64,000 bases of DNA, from NCBI GenBank assembly GCA_022605425.2, contig JAKIMF020000001.1, positions 186,001-250,000 on the forward strand, read 5' to 3'. A program made the position numbers and the translations under genes. Below are positions 14,594-27,623 of the stretch, one piece after another; the stretch's first letter is position 1; the number at the start of each line of letters is the position of its first letter. Below the pieces are notes generated by a model that worked only from the letters and a program-made list of their open reading frames with translations, did no database searches and had not been told where the DNA came from. The DNA comes from Hamiltosporidium tvaerminnensis FI-OER-3-3 (taxonomy: Eukaryota; Fungi; Microsporidia).

Positions 14594-16291
14594 ATGAAGA
14601 AGTACATATTAATAATTTGCTTTTTGATGTTTTGTAACACATCTAGAAAAAAGAATAAAAATCCGCCTAACACATCTAGACAAAGAAATAAAACTGTAAA
14701 AGAATCGAAAAAAAAAAATAAAGCTGAATATGTCGTATTGCAAACAGATATTGTTATTTACAATGATGAGAAGTCTTTCATGTATACTAAAATTTCCGAT
14801 TACAATAAAAATTTGGAACTGTTAGAAGAATACTTTTTGCGAATTTTAAATGATTATTTGACTGAGGATAAGATGGAAACCGATTACAAACCGAAATTAA
14901 TAAAGATTGTAGCTGAATGTGATGATATAGCAGATTCTGAAAGGAGATATGAAGAATTATTCAAAAGAATTGTTGATTTCACTAAAAAGGCCATTATGGG
15001 AACCGAGAAAAAGTTTTTGCACAAATACGAAGATGATGAAACCAGAAAAGAATTTTTTGAACAATTATTTGAGGTTACAGTGGAAAAAAATACTAATCAT
15101 TTGTCCCCTTTTTTCAACGAGCAAGAATTTTCTAGTATTTCTCTAGTCAAAATGGATACTACCAAAATAGATCCAACAGATACCTTGCAAAAGGCTATAG
15201 AAAAACCAGATTCTCTGGTATCGAGATATTATACAAATTTATTGCTTCAAGGTTTCAGCAAATTAATGTTTAATTTAATCTATAATTTTCGAAATTTCGG
15301 AGATCTTTATGAATTTCTCATTAATAATGATACAACAAGCCTAAAATCAAAGCAAAGTTCTTCAGAAAAGGAAAATTATATCATTAAAAAATCAGAAACT
15401 CATACTGAAAATTACTATAAGTTGTTTTTTCGTGATTTAGACTATAAAGTTATTTCGGAATCAAAATATTCTAGAGGAAAAATGCATCTTAAGACAAATA
15501 CTGGAGACGATGGTATATATCACAAAAAAATCATACAAACACCACTTGATAAGTTTTTTAATTTCAGTGATGAAGATATGGAAAATTTTTCAATCAACAT
15601 TGATGACTCAAAAAATATAATAACTTCAGCTGAATCGAAAACTCAGAAAGCAGGAAATTGTTCACCTAAGGATAAAAATATAAGACAGAAGTTTACCGAT
15701 TTCTTAAACAAGCTTAAGACTCTGAATATAGAAAAATCGGATTCACCACCAAATATATATTACATATTAGATTTAAAGGGAATATACGATGAAATGATAA
15801 CAGATATCACAAACAAAGTTTTACCTGAAATTGATAAACTTAAGAAAGAAAAATGTGAGTCTACGAACAAATCCATCCTACTTAATGATATATATCGTTT
15901 GGTACTGAAATGCGTTATAAGAGAGAATTTTATATCTCAAGAAAAAAAAATATCGGGGTTTTTGGAAAAAATAGATATATTCCTAAAAATTTACTATAAA
16001 GATTTCAATTTGATTGTTATACCTAGTTATGAGTTTATTTTTGATTATACTAGAGGTTATGAATTTGCAAAAAAAATTCTTGCTCAATTTATGATTAAAA
16101 ATGAAGCCCGGGAAAAAATTAAAAGTTACATAATGAAGTTTATTGATAAAACTGTGGAAATGATAGATGCTAAAATTTTGAAATTTTTTGATGAATTTTT
16201 CAAAACTAAACCCTCATGTTCAGAGATGAGACGCTGGAAACCTCCTAAGGGTCGAGTTGAACTAAAGACAGAAAATTTTATAATAAAATGA
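14594..16291 (+). CDS. Lineage-specific predicted secreted protein (565 aa), intact member of a local multigene family
   Basis: Long intact ORF with N-terminal MKKYILIICFLMFC signal-like peptide followed by a basic stretch. Shares DIVIYND, ETRKEFFEQL, QGFSKLM..IYNF.NF.DLYEFL and KFTDFLNKL blocks with the fragments at 45165-46923 and, at the N-terminus, with 29343. Confidence 0.85.
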   Translation: MKKYILIICFLMFCNTSRKKNKNPPNTSRQRNKTVKESKKKNKAEYVVLQTDIVIYNDEKSFMYTKISDYNKNLELLEEYFLRILNDYLTEDKMETDYKPKLIKIVAECDDIADSERRYEELFKRIVDFTKKAIMGTEKKFLHKYEDDETRKEFFEQLFEVTVEKNTNHLSPFFNEQEFSSISLVKMDTTKIDPTDTLQKAIEKPDSLVSRYYTNLLLQGFSKLMFNLIYNFRNFGDLYEFLINNDTTSLKSKQSSSEKENYIIKKSETHTENYYKLFFRDLDYKVISESKYSRGKMHLKTNTGDDGIYHKKIIQTPLDKFFNFSDEDMENFSINIDDSKNIITSAESKTQKAGNCSPKDKNIRQKFTDFLNKLKTLNIEKSDSPPNIYYILDLKGIYDEMITDITNKVLPEIDKLKKEKCESTNKSILLNDIYRLVLKCVIRENFISQEKKISGFLEKIDIFLKIYYKDFNLIVIPSYEFIFDYTRGYEFAKKILAQFMIKNEAREKIKSYIMKFIDKTVEMIDAKILKFFDEFFKTKPSCSEMRRWKPPKGRVELKTENFIIK

Positions 16292-17571
16292 AATTTTCAT
16301 ATTTTAGTATTTTTTCCTAATATTTTATCTTTGTTATTATATTTTTTACATCATAAAGGAAGATTTTAGATACGGAATATAGAGAATATCATACTCCCTA
16401 TAGGAGATATAAAACCGATAATAAATATAAACAAAGATTCGGGTTTAGAAGTGGAATGTAAGGTTTTAGAGAAGTAGAAGAAGATAAACAAAAAATTCGA
16501 AAAAGTATTTTAACTCGGAGTTTTTTAAATCAAATATAATATCATTTGCTAATGAAACACCGTTCAATGTTGCTTGTAGTGTTTCACAATTATTTTTTGC
16601 ATTTTTTTGGTACTTAACTTTGTAAAATTTGAGTTCCATACCAATATGCATTTATATTTTATTTCCTTTAGTTAAAGCTTCTATTTGTTTTTTTTTTAAA
16701 ATAATCATCCTAATTCATTCCCAAAACGTGTATAAAAACAACTTAAAATATTTTCTTTCAATTTTATAGGTCAAAAATAAATTAAAAAAGTTTAAGTTCC
16801 TAAAGCTTGATGAAATATAGAATAAAAAAATATGTAAACATATTAAAAATATTATAATTTGTTAGTTAGCATATAAATATATAAAGCATAATCTGGTTGT
16901 AAAGTTATTTAAATCTAATAAGTATAGGCTTTTTGGGTACTTTATTCTTTTGAATAGCTTAATAAACCAAAAAACGAGCCTAAGAACAAAGATATCTTTT
17001 TTTGCTATGATTTTAATGTGTTTTGAAATACAAAAAAAAGTTATATATTGTTGCAATTATGAAAGGTCTGTGAATAATTCGCAAATGGGTATACAAAGAT
17101 GTACAGGTAGGGCGTGATATGCGCGATCATAAAATATTTCGAATTCAACATCTATTTCTCAGGAATAAACATATACTCGATTCTTTGAAATAAAATAACA
17201 GTTACTTAGTTAAACCTATCCTTTAAATTTTGTTTCTTAAAACAAGAATAGACATTAAAAATAAATTTATTCAAAACCTAGAATACAATACGCATATGTT
17301 TGCTTTATAATAATACATTCAATGTGTTTAAACTTATTGAGATCTAAATTACTTCGTAAGTTTCACTTAACCGTTTGACTGCTACGCGGCGCGAATGCGC
17401 TTCGTTCATTTGTCTCGAAAACAGCGACGCAGCGCTTTCGCGCTGCCAGTCACAGTGTGTCTTTTTGCTCCGTGGAATTGAACGTAGTCTGACCTCGCGA
17501 GTACTTTGTAACACGAGTGTATTCTAAACTAACTTTTTACCGTTTTTATATATTATTTAAAAAATATAACC

Positions 17572-19256
17572 ATGTCACGGACTATTATTTCGGACGTTGA
17601 TTCGATTGCTAGCGATTCTGAGGATGGTGAAATTGGTGGTGACACAAGTAGTGATGATAGCATTATTATAACTCATCGAAGAAAAAGACTGAGGATTGAA
17701 AGTGAGTCTTCTATCTCATCTTGTTCTTCAGAAGCAGAGGAAACACCAACTTTTACGAATATTCCTCCGACTAATGTGTTTTCCAAAGCAACAAATAATT
17801 TTTTCGAGACTCCTGGACCTAGATGTGCGCCTCCCCCCGATGCTTCACCGGTAACATATTTCAATTTATTTTTTAACACATCACTCCTTGAAACCATTGT
17901 AAGGGAAACAAATCGATATGCTACCCAGTTTTTTGCCTCGCACACTGTTTTGAATAATTCTCGAGCAAAAAAGTGGACGCTGACAACGATATACGAAATC
18001 AAAGCCTTTATTGCAGTCTTACTCGAAATGGGGATTACGAGAAGGCCAACAATTGATAGTTATTGGGCAACAGGTTCCCGGCAATTACCATGGTTTAGGA
18101 CAATGTTTTCAAGGGATAGGTTTCAACTGTTTTAAGTTTTTTCACTTGATTGACAATACGTCATTATTTGAACCAGGACATCCGAATTATGACCCATGCG
18201 GCAGATTTGATATGCTTGTCAAACATGCAAATACTGTATTTCAGCGGCATTATATACCAAATCAACAATTATCTATCGACGAGTCGTTAGTTGGTACTCA
18301 CTGTCATTCTGCCATAAAACAATACATCCCAAACAAAAAACACCATAAATGGGGGATAAAATTTTGGATGTTGTGCGACTCGATTTCTAAATATTGCTTG
18401 GGTTTTTTTTGCTAAAAAGGAGCTAAAAATACAGATGACAGAGATTTAGTACAAAAATATGGCCTTGGATTTACGGTTGCGCGAAAATTGCTTTCAACTG
18501 GCAATTATCTGTTCAAGGGCTATCATCTGTTTACAGATAATTTTTACACAAGCTTACGCTTGGCCAAAGCCCTTTTGAAACAAAATACTTATCTAACTGG
18601 AACAATTAGACGTAACAGAAAAGAGATTCCATCAGAAGCTAAGAAAGCAATAGTAGGAGAAGCGAAATACATGGCACATGAAAATGTATTGATGTGCTCT
18701 TTCAGGGACAAAAAGTCCAAACCGAACCCAGTCATACTGATTTCATCAAATTCGGATACTAATAGTGTGACGATCAAGAAAAAGAAAGGGAATTTTGAAT
18801 ACGAAAAGATGAAACCAAGCATGATTCATGACTACAATAAATACATGGGTGGTGTGGACGAGTGCGACAAAATGCTATACGTGTATTTAGACGAGCGAAG
18901 AACCCTCAAGTATTGGAAGAAAGTAGTATTCAACGTATTTGGAAGAATGGTGCTGAACTCATATATTTTATATGTTTCAAACACTACTGAAAAAAAAAAT
19001 GAACCGGCTCAAATTTACATCGAAAATTATTGACGACATCGAAAAGGAGTGGATGTACCATAAAAATAGCGTGTCAACACAACCATCTTCATCAACTAAT
19101 AAATTTGCGCTTGAAAAATTACCGGGTCGTAACTTACGACAATGTGCGGTGTGTAGCAACAAAAGGAGCGGGATCAAGCGATCCCACCTTATTTGCGCTT
19201 GTTGTAAAAAAGGCCTTCACGCTATTTGTGCGGCAAAACATAGTTGTAATACATAA
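17572..19256 (+). pseudogene. piggyBac (PGBD4-like) transposase, disrupted
   Basis: Acidic N-terminus, ETNRYA, MFSRDRF, SIDESL, YIPNKKHHKWGIKFW, TDNFYTS, GTIRRNR, YNKYMGGVD and a C-terminal Cys-rich CAVC...CACC..LH..C. Frameshift near 18130, in-frame TAA at 18413-18415 (FFC*KG), frameshift in the A-run at ~18990-18999. Confidence 0.93.
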
Positions 19257-19318
19257 ATTTTTTAAGTAAGAGTCAGAATTTTTCACTCTCATGAAAACGA
19301 TCCTTTACGTTTGGAAAA

Positions 19319-19368
19319 ACACTAGGTAGTATCACATAATAATATTATTTTGTGATACTACCTAGTGT
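19319..19368. repeat. 50 bp near-perfect palindrome in the piggyBac 3' subterminal region
   Basis: ACACTAGGTAGTATCACA-T-AATAATATTATT-T-TGTGATACTACCTAGTGT: 18 bp perfect arms and a palindromic 12 bp core, with one T/T mismatch. Confidence 0.95.
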
Positions 19369-21009
19369 ATTATCGATAGTAATTGTTATCATGTATCACC
19401 TAGTGCCTACGCCGGAATCATTCGAAATCATTGATTCACGTGCTGATCATAAGAGAAAATCAATAAACTTTAAGTTATCTTTTTATAAATTTTAATTTTT
19501 AACGACCACTTGTTTTTCTATGTTATCAATAACACTTGTTACATTGTAGTTGTGCGAAACAATATATATATATATAAAAAAAAAATTGACAACATCAATT
19601 GAAAATAAGTCCCGCAGTTTTCGTGCGTTCTTGCAATAATTGCTTAGCAGCCAAACGGTTAAATATTTCAAACTGATAAAATTTTAAAAAATATGACTTT
19701 TAGCCAATGAGTCGAAACATAAACAGATAAAGCTGGAGGTTATTTTTTTTGTTGTATTTAGGTTGGATTTCAAACTAAATTACACGAAATATACCTTAAA
19801 AAGTTTGAACACATTCAAGATTTTTTTCAGATTGTTCTTTCCCTACGGATGGAAAATAATCCAAGGTTTTGATTAAAATCGTCGATTATAAAAAAGTTCA
19901 TAGAAATTTTCTTCAGATGGTTAGGTTGCTAGCCGGTGTTTTGTTAACCTTTTCGAAGGATAAAGAATGTACCAAACGGAGATCAGACCCGGCCCTTCGT
20001 AAATATATTCCAATATTCTTACCCATAACAATTAGCACACTAGTATAAATGAAGTATATAAAATTGAAAGTGCTCAAAAATAGTCAAATCAATTTCTTTA
20101 GATCGAAGCTTTGGTATTTTCTCAAAAACAAATGTGGAAGAGAGCGACAAAGATCTCTTAGAAACGTAAAACTTGAATCTAAATTCAAGCAATCTAAATC
20201 TCACTGCATTCCCATATTAGAAAGAAAAAAATTTCTGATAACACAAATGCAGCAAGTAATTAGTCGTAAACTTTGGATAAAATATTCGAAATGTTAGCCT
20301 TGGATCGTAATATCGAAACGTGTCTAATATAAAGAACACATCAAATAAAACGGCAAAAGATGAAACAAAACAGCCAAAAACCGAACCAAATAATTCGATA
20401 CACAAAAATCTTAAGCATAAAATTCAATTTTATTTACTTCGGAAGTTTTTTTACGTCGATTTATTCAGAATATGTCGGCTTGTTTTTGCAAACTCATGAA
20501 TGAAAAAAATGCCAGCCCCGAATATATTTGTTTGCTTCATATCGATAATACTTTAAAAGATCTCAAAATCTCATTTTTAAATATATCTCTTTAAAAACAT
20601 GAACTAAAATCAAATATTGTTCAAAAGAAGTGAAAGATATTCATTTTAGATAAAATATTTGTGTAATTTTAATTTAAGACAGATAATAGCTAGCATGAAT
20701 AATTTAGAACAAAATAATTAGTTCATAAAATTTAGAGAATAAAACACACAGTCCAAGGCATTCCAGAACAAATAAAAACCTTTTGCTATTATAGATTTGT
20801 AAAAACATTTTTTTCTTATCTTCGTATAAAATATTGTATCTGCAATTCTTAATATTTTTTTTGGTGCAAAATTTTACATTTAAACAATTTTATTGCACAA
20901 AATATATCTCTGCAAAAGAATGGATTCCAAAACGTAAAATTATTGAAAATATATGCTAACATTTTATTTATTAAAATTCTAGATTAACAAGTTTCCTCGG
21001 TAAATAATT

Positions 21010-21658
21010 CTTTCCAACATTTTAACCATCTCATTGTTTTCCTCTAGATTCGACTTTTCATTAATCTCTATCGTGATTCCTTCCTGTGGTTATGCCATCT
21101 AAAATAAGGCGTATTATTTTTCAGTATTTTATGTTTTAACACCATCTTCCTCGTTGTCTACTTGTTTTAAAGGAGATGTTGGTTGTTTATGCCCCTCGGC
21201 TCCCAAAATAATACTTGATTATGCTCTCTCCCAGCTCACTTTGGCATTTAGTTCAGACTCGATTCCCTTTCATCAAAAAAAGGAAATTGTTTCGACCGTC
21301 TTCTTCAGTACCATGGATTGTATATATGCCTCTATATTCATGGGTATTTTAGTCTTTTAGAATACGGCTTATGGTATTTTATCACAATACCGCCCCAGGT
21401 CATAACATAAGGAATTATCTTAACACTACATTTTTAAATAAGATCTAACTCATTTTCATATAGGTCATACTCCCTAAGTTTCTTTATTTCAATATTTGAA
21501 GTATATCTTGGGAAGTAATTCCTATTTCAATGTGGGTCATTTTATTTTTCCTCATGTCCAAAATAAATATGTCGGATCTATTGCTTCGAATTTTGACATC
21601 GGTTTTTATTCTGGCTTCCAATCTTATTTCCAAATACTTGTAATCAGGAATTTCTCGA
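21010..21658 (-). mobile_element. Decayed 3' fragment of an R4/Dong-like non-LTR retrotransposon (RLE endonuclease region)
   Basis: Near-identical blocks to 47000-47660, e.g. AAGGAAATTGTTTCGACCGTCTTCTT, ATTCATGGGTATTTT, CACAATACCG.CCCAGGTCAT, AGGTCATACT.CCTAAGTTT, TCTTGGGAAGT. Multiple indels. Confidence 0.88.
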
Positions 21659-24600
21659 AATAGGCCCGTGATTTGTGTTGAAGGCTTAAATTTATAATCT
21701 TTTGTAATTATTTTTACAAAAAATATTATTAGACAATGTGTATGACGGTATTTAATAATTTACAAAAACTAAAATTTAAGACAAAATATTGAAATATTTT
21801 TTTGATGATTCTAAAATTCTCTCAAGATAAACATTGCGAAAAAAAATTGCATAAAATTTCTCTTTGCATTCGATGTACAATTACAATTGATTTAGCATAA
21901 GACATACATTTTAGCTTTTAATAAAAATTAAAAACATTTTCATTTCGATCTTTTAAAATAATCGATTTTTTTGAAATAAAATGTTTTTTTATTTATTCCA
22001 CAATTAAAAAAACTGATAAACGTTCGCTAGAGATTTAAATGGAAACTTCCATTCTTGCTTTTTTTAATATTTCGAGAATATTTATGTTTTGTAATCGAAA
22101 AACTTCCGTCTTGTCTTCTATATCTAAAAGTTGAATAAAATAGAAAATTGGCTCAAAATATGTTAAGTAAAATCCTATATTGGTGTAGAATTTAGTGAAG
22201 AGATATTTATTTTCTTGCATATATTATATGAAAAAAATTAGACATAAATATATTTATTACGATCTAGTATCCTGAATATTTTTTATAATCGTGCTTAAAC
22301 AATAATTATATAAATTCGATTTTGTTATTTGGCAATATTACTCCTCTGGAACCCAAAATTATTTTAATTCATATTTTTGGTTTTAATTTTCCGCAATCAA
22401 AAAATAATTTTATTGAACGTCTAATTTTTTGCTTAATCAACTTAACAGAAAAAAAAATAGAACCAAAGCTTAAGATTTTCTAATACGGGGAGAATCTGTT
22501 TGTTTCATCAATGCAAAGTCAAAAAAATAGATTTTTAAGTTTGCCTGTACTATACTTTATATAAGCAAATTGAAAATAAACAGCTAAAAATGATCGGTAA
22601 GAACATTGATATACCGTTTTCCATAGCCAAGACCTATAAACAACACATATGTATTATCATTTCATTCTTTTTGGTGTAAAAAGAAAAATTTGATAGCCTT
22701 AAACATCTTGCGAATTAAAACGAAAAAAAAAGAAGCTATATGTTAAATTTCATTCGATTGCAAACATAATAGGTTTAATAGTAAAAAAACGCCAGGAAGT
22801 AAAAAAAATCAAACCATTTCCGTTTAATCCGAATTAGATATTGTAGATATACGCTTTTTAAGCTAAAAATTATAATCTGGTACTTTTGCATATTTTATAG
22901 AAAAACAAGTTAGCATTTCATTAATATTAATAAAGTCTTCGAAGTTCACAAAAAAAGCCGAAAGATTGTTTTTCTATATAGTTAGCCTAAAATACAGTAA
23001 AGATGCAAAAGAAGAATTCAATAAGTCTGAGACAAACATCTATGTATATTAAAAATTGCAAGCCTTTTTGGTTTTGGAACATCGAAATCCAATTGCCAAA
23101 AAAATGAAAGTCAATTACTGCCTTTTATTTTAATAAATCTGAAGTTGTTGAATGTAGCATAGAAGGCATAAAGATCTAGTATAGTGAGCCTCCTTCGTAT
23201 TTTAGAGGAGCAATGAGTTTGTTTATATCGGGTAATTCAATATTCATCGTAGTAAAACGTGCCTAATTTTAGGAAAGGCACAATTTATTCAATTAAAATT
23301 TTTAGAATGCCTCAAGAACATTAATAAATAGATAAGGTTATTCATCAAGATAGAGTTTTCTAGAAATGCGATTTAATAAAACCGTAGACGTAACGAGTTT
23401 TGCAAAATTTTGCGACTATGTTGTTTATAGATTATTCTGCTAATTTGGATCCCAAAAATTTCTTACTATATTAAGAAATTTTAATTTTGAATCAATAATT
23501 CTAAGAAACTCAACCGTTTATTCTATATCGCACACCTAACCGATTTTGCATAAAATCGGGTAAATTTTTCATATTTTATATGTTAAATTACACCATATTG
23601 TATAAGAACAACATTTTTAGAAGTATTTGGATGTGAAATAATTTTTAATTTAGATTATGCAAATAAACAATAATGTTTTTTTTATTTTTATTCTTATCTT
23701 AAAGGGCCATCTTGATTGCTTTACGCTACTTTTATAAATACTATAAGTTCCTAATTGAACTTCTTTCGAGTCTAATTAGTTGTTGTAAATGAAAATGCCG
23801 TAGGAGTGAGTAAATAGAAATCGCCTGACACAAACCATTTGAGTTAAAATTAAAAAAAAAATTATTACAAAATTCTTTCATGTGTGATTTAAAGAATTTG
23901 CATATTGATTTTTATGATTTTGAATAATCTCAATATATATCGTAATGAAATACTAGAATATGATTACAAGGACAGATATATATCATGAAACGTAGGTAAA
24001 TAGTAACATATAATCTAAAGGTACTACATATGTCTCTTTATATGTTTGTTTGGCACTTTCAAAGTGATTTCGTATATTTTCGCCTTTCTTTATCCTTAAA
24101 CTCGCAATCTAAACAAGCAAACGTGCATAGTTAATTCTTGGCATGCAATGCTATCATTTAAGATACAAGAGTAAGATTTTCATTAGTTTTTCTGCTGTAG
24201 AAAAATAGAATTTAGACAATTTTTGATGTGATTTAAAGTTACTTTGTCTATTTAAGGCCAATGTTTCTTCAAATTTTTGGTCGGACTTTTGTTCTTGAAC
24301 GCTTTATTCCTTCATATTAAAATTAAATACTGAAGAAATTATTTATTTATTTATTTTTGACTTCTGTAGATTTATATTTCTACGCTATTAATAGAAAAAC
24401 TTATTTTTGATCATCATTTCGACGAAATTTGGATAAGTCGACAGAGATTCCATCATAAAGCAGTTCTATATATAAAGATATATTATTACAGTTTATGATA
24501 CTTATTTACAAACCATTATTTATTGAATCTCTAAATTAGATACAGATTCTGTCATAATCAAGTCTCTTGTACAGCAACAAATCAGAGTTTTCAGGATGTT

Positions 24601-24824
24601 TATTTTTATATTTTTTTGTATTTCGATTCAAATTATCTTGACATATTATAATATACCAGCAGTTAATCTCGTGAAAACTTAATTTTCTTTACATTCATCA
24701 AAAAAATTGTCGAAAATACTTTTAAACTTCATTATCCAAGCTATAATTCTTCGATAATTTCAATATAAATTTTATACTCTCAACCAGTCTCTTCTCTAAC
24801 TTTTTAGCCCTGTATTTGCAAATT

Positions 24825-25075
24825 ATTCCCCCTTTGAGCAATTTCCCAATAAAAATTAGGTTTTTTTAACTTGCATATTTCTCTTCTTCTTTTATATTTA
24901 CTACCAATTTTTCAGAAACTCAGCTCTGCTTTAATATTATGCCTGTTCACTTATTTTCATGCAAGTCTGTGCTTTTCTCGAAAAAAATTATTATTGTGAA
25001 CTGCTATATTTAGCTGAAAAAACCTCGTCGTTTTAGGACATGCTGTTTTGGTTAATATATTTTTTGTAAAAATTC
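24825..25075. repeat. Dispersed repeat C, copy 2
   Basis: Homologous to 10860-11100 (see that entry). Confidence 0.8.
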
Positions 25076-25084
25076 TTTAGTGGA

Positions 25085-25750
25085 AAGAGGATAACCACAT
25101 AAAAAACTTTCTGCTTGGCAATGAGTGTGTGAAACTGGTGTGAGATCATTGTTTGGATTTTTGGTGAGAATAAAACCACACTACATCTTCGGTTGTTCCA
25201 TGGGAATTGTTATGAGGAGGAGAGGTCTACGAAATTGCGAAAGTTTTTCTACAAATTTATTTGTAGTTTTTTATGTAACCAGATTGCAGACCACAGGTGA
25301 AAATGTAAGTAATTGCCATGTAAAAGCATGGAAACCTAGCCTTGCTCACTCGAGTTAGAAGACTTAGCGCCTGGGAGATATAAAAATAAAAACCATTTAA
25401 ACCCGGGAGAGCTAAGTAGCAGGTTATACCTGTTGGTATGACATTGCACTTCTGGGTAGACCCATGTAAGTCTCTAAAATATACCTTAGCTAGAAGTTTA
25501 TTGGGTTCAGAAAGTGTAGAGTTAGTGGGAATGCTGCATAGTCTTGGGGAGCCCAGGGGGCTTCGGCCTTCGATCACACTCCATGCAACGGACATTAACG
25601 AACTCCGGGCAACTGCCTCGCCTATTATTTAGGTTATACACACCTGGTAGATGAAAGGCATTGGGATGTAGGTATCGCAGGGGTTACCGATGGAGTGTTG
25701 AGGTAGCAGTTATTTATGTTAAACCTAGAACAGCGTTAAAGTCATGAAAA
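25085..25750 (+). repeat. Dispersed repeat A, copy 2 (GC-richer)
   Basis: Colinear with 8310-8965 over ~650 bp. Confidence 0.8.
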
Positions 25751-25802
25751 CAAATATAACACTTGCCACTATTGTAAAAAGATGTGATATTTTTAAATAA
25801 AT

Positions 25803-26365
25803 AAGAAATATAAAATACAATCGAAAAACAAATAAAATTTCAATCCCTGATCAAAAAACATCACAATTGAAAAAAAATGCTGACTTGTTAGAGATTCTTA
25901 TAATTTATACTAACAAAACTAAAAAATGCATTTATAAACGAAAAGAATAAGATACACTGGTTTTGCAACCATAAAATCGTATAACAGACTATATATCCGG
26001 ATATCCATGCTCTAATTATTCTATTAGAAATTACGTAAAACTTTATCTTAGGTTTTTTTACATTTTATTCTAATATTTTTTATAACTCTAACATGCCATT
26101 TAAAAATCTTTAATTCTGAAATTCTGTAGTTACTTACATATTTATTCCATTTCCCTTTTATATCTCGGTGTCGAGGATGAACAAAGGAAAGTTTTATATT
26201 TGTTTTCTTTAAATCTGTTATAACTCGGAATTATAAGACATTCTCTTATATATACAGTTTAGTTTATATCCCGCCAAAACGCAACAAATATTTTCACACC
26301 ATTTCAATACAATCGTTGCTAAGCCTATAGTTTTTAATGTGATTAATTTCTCTCCATCTCCCAAA
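25803..26365 (-). repeat. Dispersed repeat B, copy 1 (inverted relative to 43640-44204)
   Basis: Its reverse complement matches 43640-44204 closely. ORF-track peptide EKLITLKTIGLATIVLKWC here corresponds to EKLTTLKTICLATIVLKWC at ~43652. Confidence 0.92.
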
Positions 26366-27154
26366 ATATTATTAGAATAAAGAAAAATTCTTAACACAAT
26401 CACATTTGGTTTTGCTATGAAAATAAATTTAATTAAATCTCATCGCAAATTTGATGCTGTAATAATTGATTAGAAGACTATTGTGATCCCCGATTTCTTA
26501 TATAGGTTTTATGATCAATAAGAATATAAAGAAATAACACAAATATCATCGCTCAAAGAAAGTGACTTTACCTCACTTATTTTACTGATATTTCTTAATT
26601 ATCGAATTTTCAACATTTTTACTGACTTCTTATTTAATTAAACCTTGACTGCTTCGTTTGATTGGTTTGAAATTTGTATACTTATACGGTTTTGCCAATT
26701 TTTTAATTTTCAAACTATTATGAGCTCAAAGATTAAACTTTGCATGCAAATTAAGAAAAAAAATACTTTTTGCAGATTTATACAGATAAATGCCTTTTTA
26801 TGATGCATTTTTTAAGGCGAGTTTTATATCCTTCACATAACCTATTCTTAATTCATTCGTTTATACATTAATGAATGTTTGTTATGTTTTGAAGTGTTCG
26901 AATCAAAAATTAACGCAAGCTTCCTATTATTATGGGTTAAATGACTTTTTAGATTGAGATTTTTTTTGATTTACATCCTATGGTTAGATTCTTCAAATTA
27001 TCAAGCATTATCGTTTATTCTCCAAATTTTTTTAAATCATTTACGTTCCAGTTTTAAAATGCTCTCAATTCCTTATATATATATTCATTCCCCATTTTTA
27101 TTACTTTATTTTTTTCTGATAAATCTTTAATTTAATTTATATTTCAGTTCTTTC

Positions 27155-27310
27155 AATCAGGTTACGCCATCTAAAAGTATTTGTAGATATTTTTATTTTT
27201 ACTTATATAAAGCATCTTCCTCATTACTTGTTTGTCAAATAAGGTGTATTTTTTCATATAGATTTCAGTTTCTTCTATAACATACAACGAAGCTCTTTCT
27301 CAACTTCTCT
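27155..27310 (-). mobile_element. Highly degenerate 3' fragment of the same R4/Dong-like element
   Basis: GGTTACGCCATCTAAAA and CATCTTCCTC match 21088-21152; GAAGCTCTTTCTCAACT resembles GACGCTCTCTCCCAACT at ~47220. Confidence 0.45.
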
Positions 27311-27623
27311 AGAATTTTACAATTTTCAAATTAACATATTAAACTTGAAAAATATTAAAAAATAGAAGATTTGTAAGAGCTCGTAAAATACAGTTTGTTG
27401 TTTAAGAGAATCAAAAATGACTCGAATTCACTGATTAAAGTTTTGACAAATTTGTTGCTAATCTAAAAAAGTTAAAAAATAAAAATTTAAAAGCGTGAAA
27501 ATCTAATACAATTGAATTTAAGAAATCTTTTTATTAAAGAATGATGGTAAAGTTTACATTCAGTTAAAATCAACTACTTGATTTTGATAATTTCCCTTTT
27601 TTGAACTATAGATTCAACATTGG

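Larger units (their letters stand above)
17371..19658 (+). mobile_element. piggyBac DNA transposon, full length (2288 bp)
   Basis: TTAA at 17367-17370 and 19659-19662. TIRs CCGTTTGACTGCTA (17371) and TAGCAGCCAAACGG (19645-19658), 13/14 match. Encloses a piggyBac transposase. Confidence 0.96.

Noticed and set aside
17673-19269. Antisense and alternative-frame ORFs over the piggyBac transposase
   Set aside because: Shadows of the transposase pseudogene.
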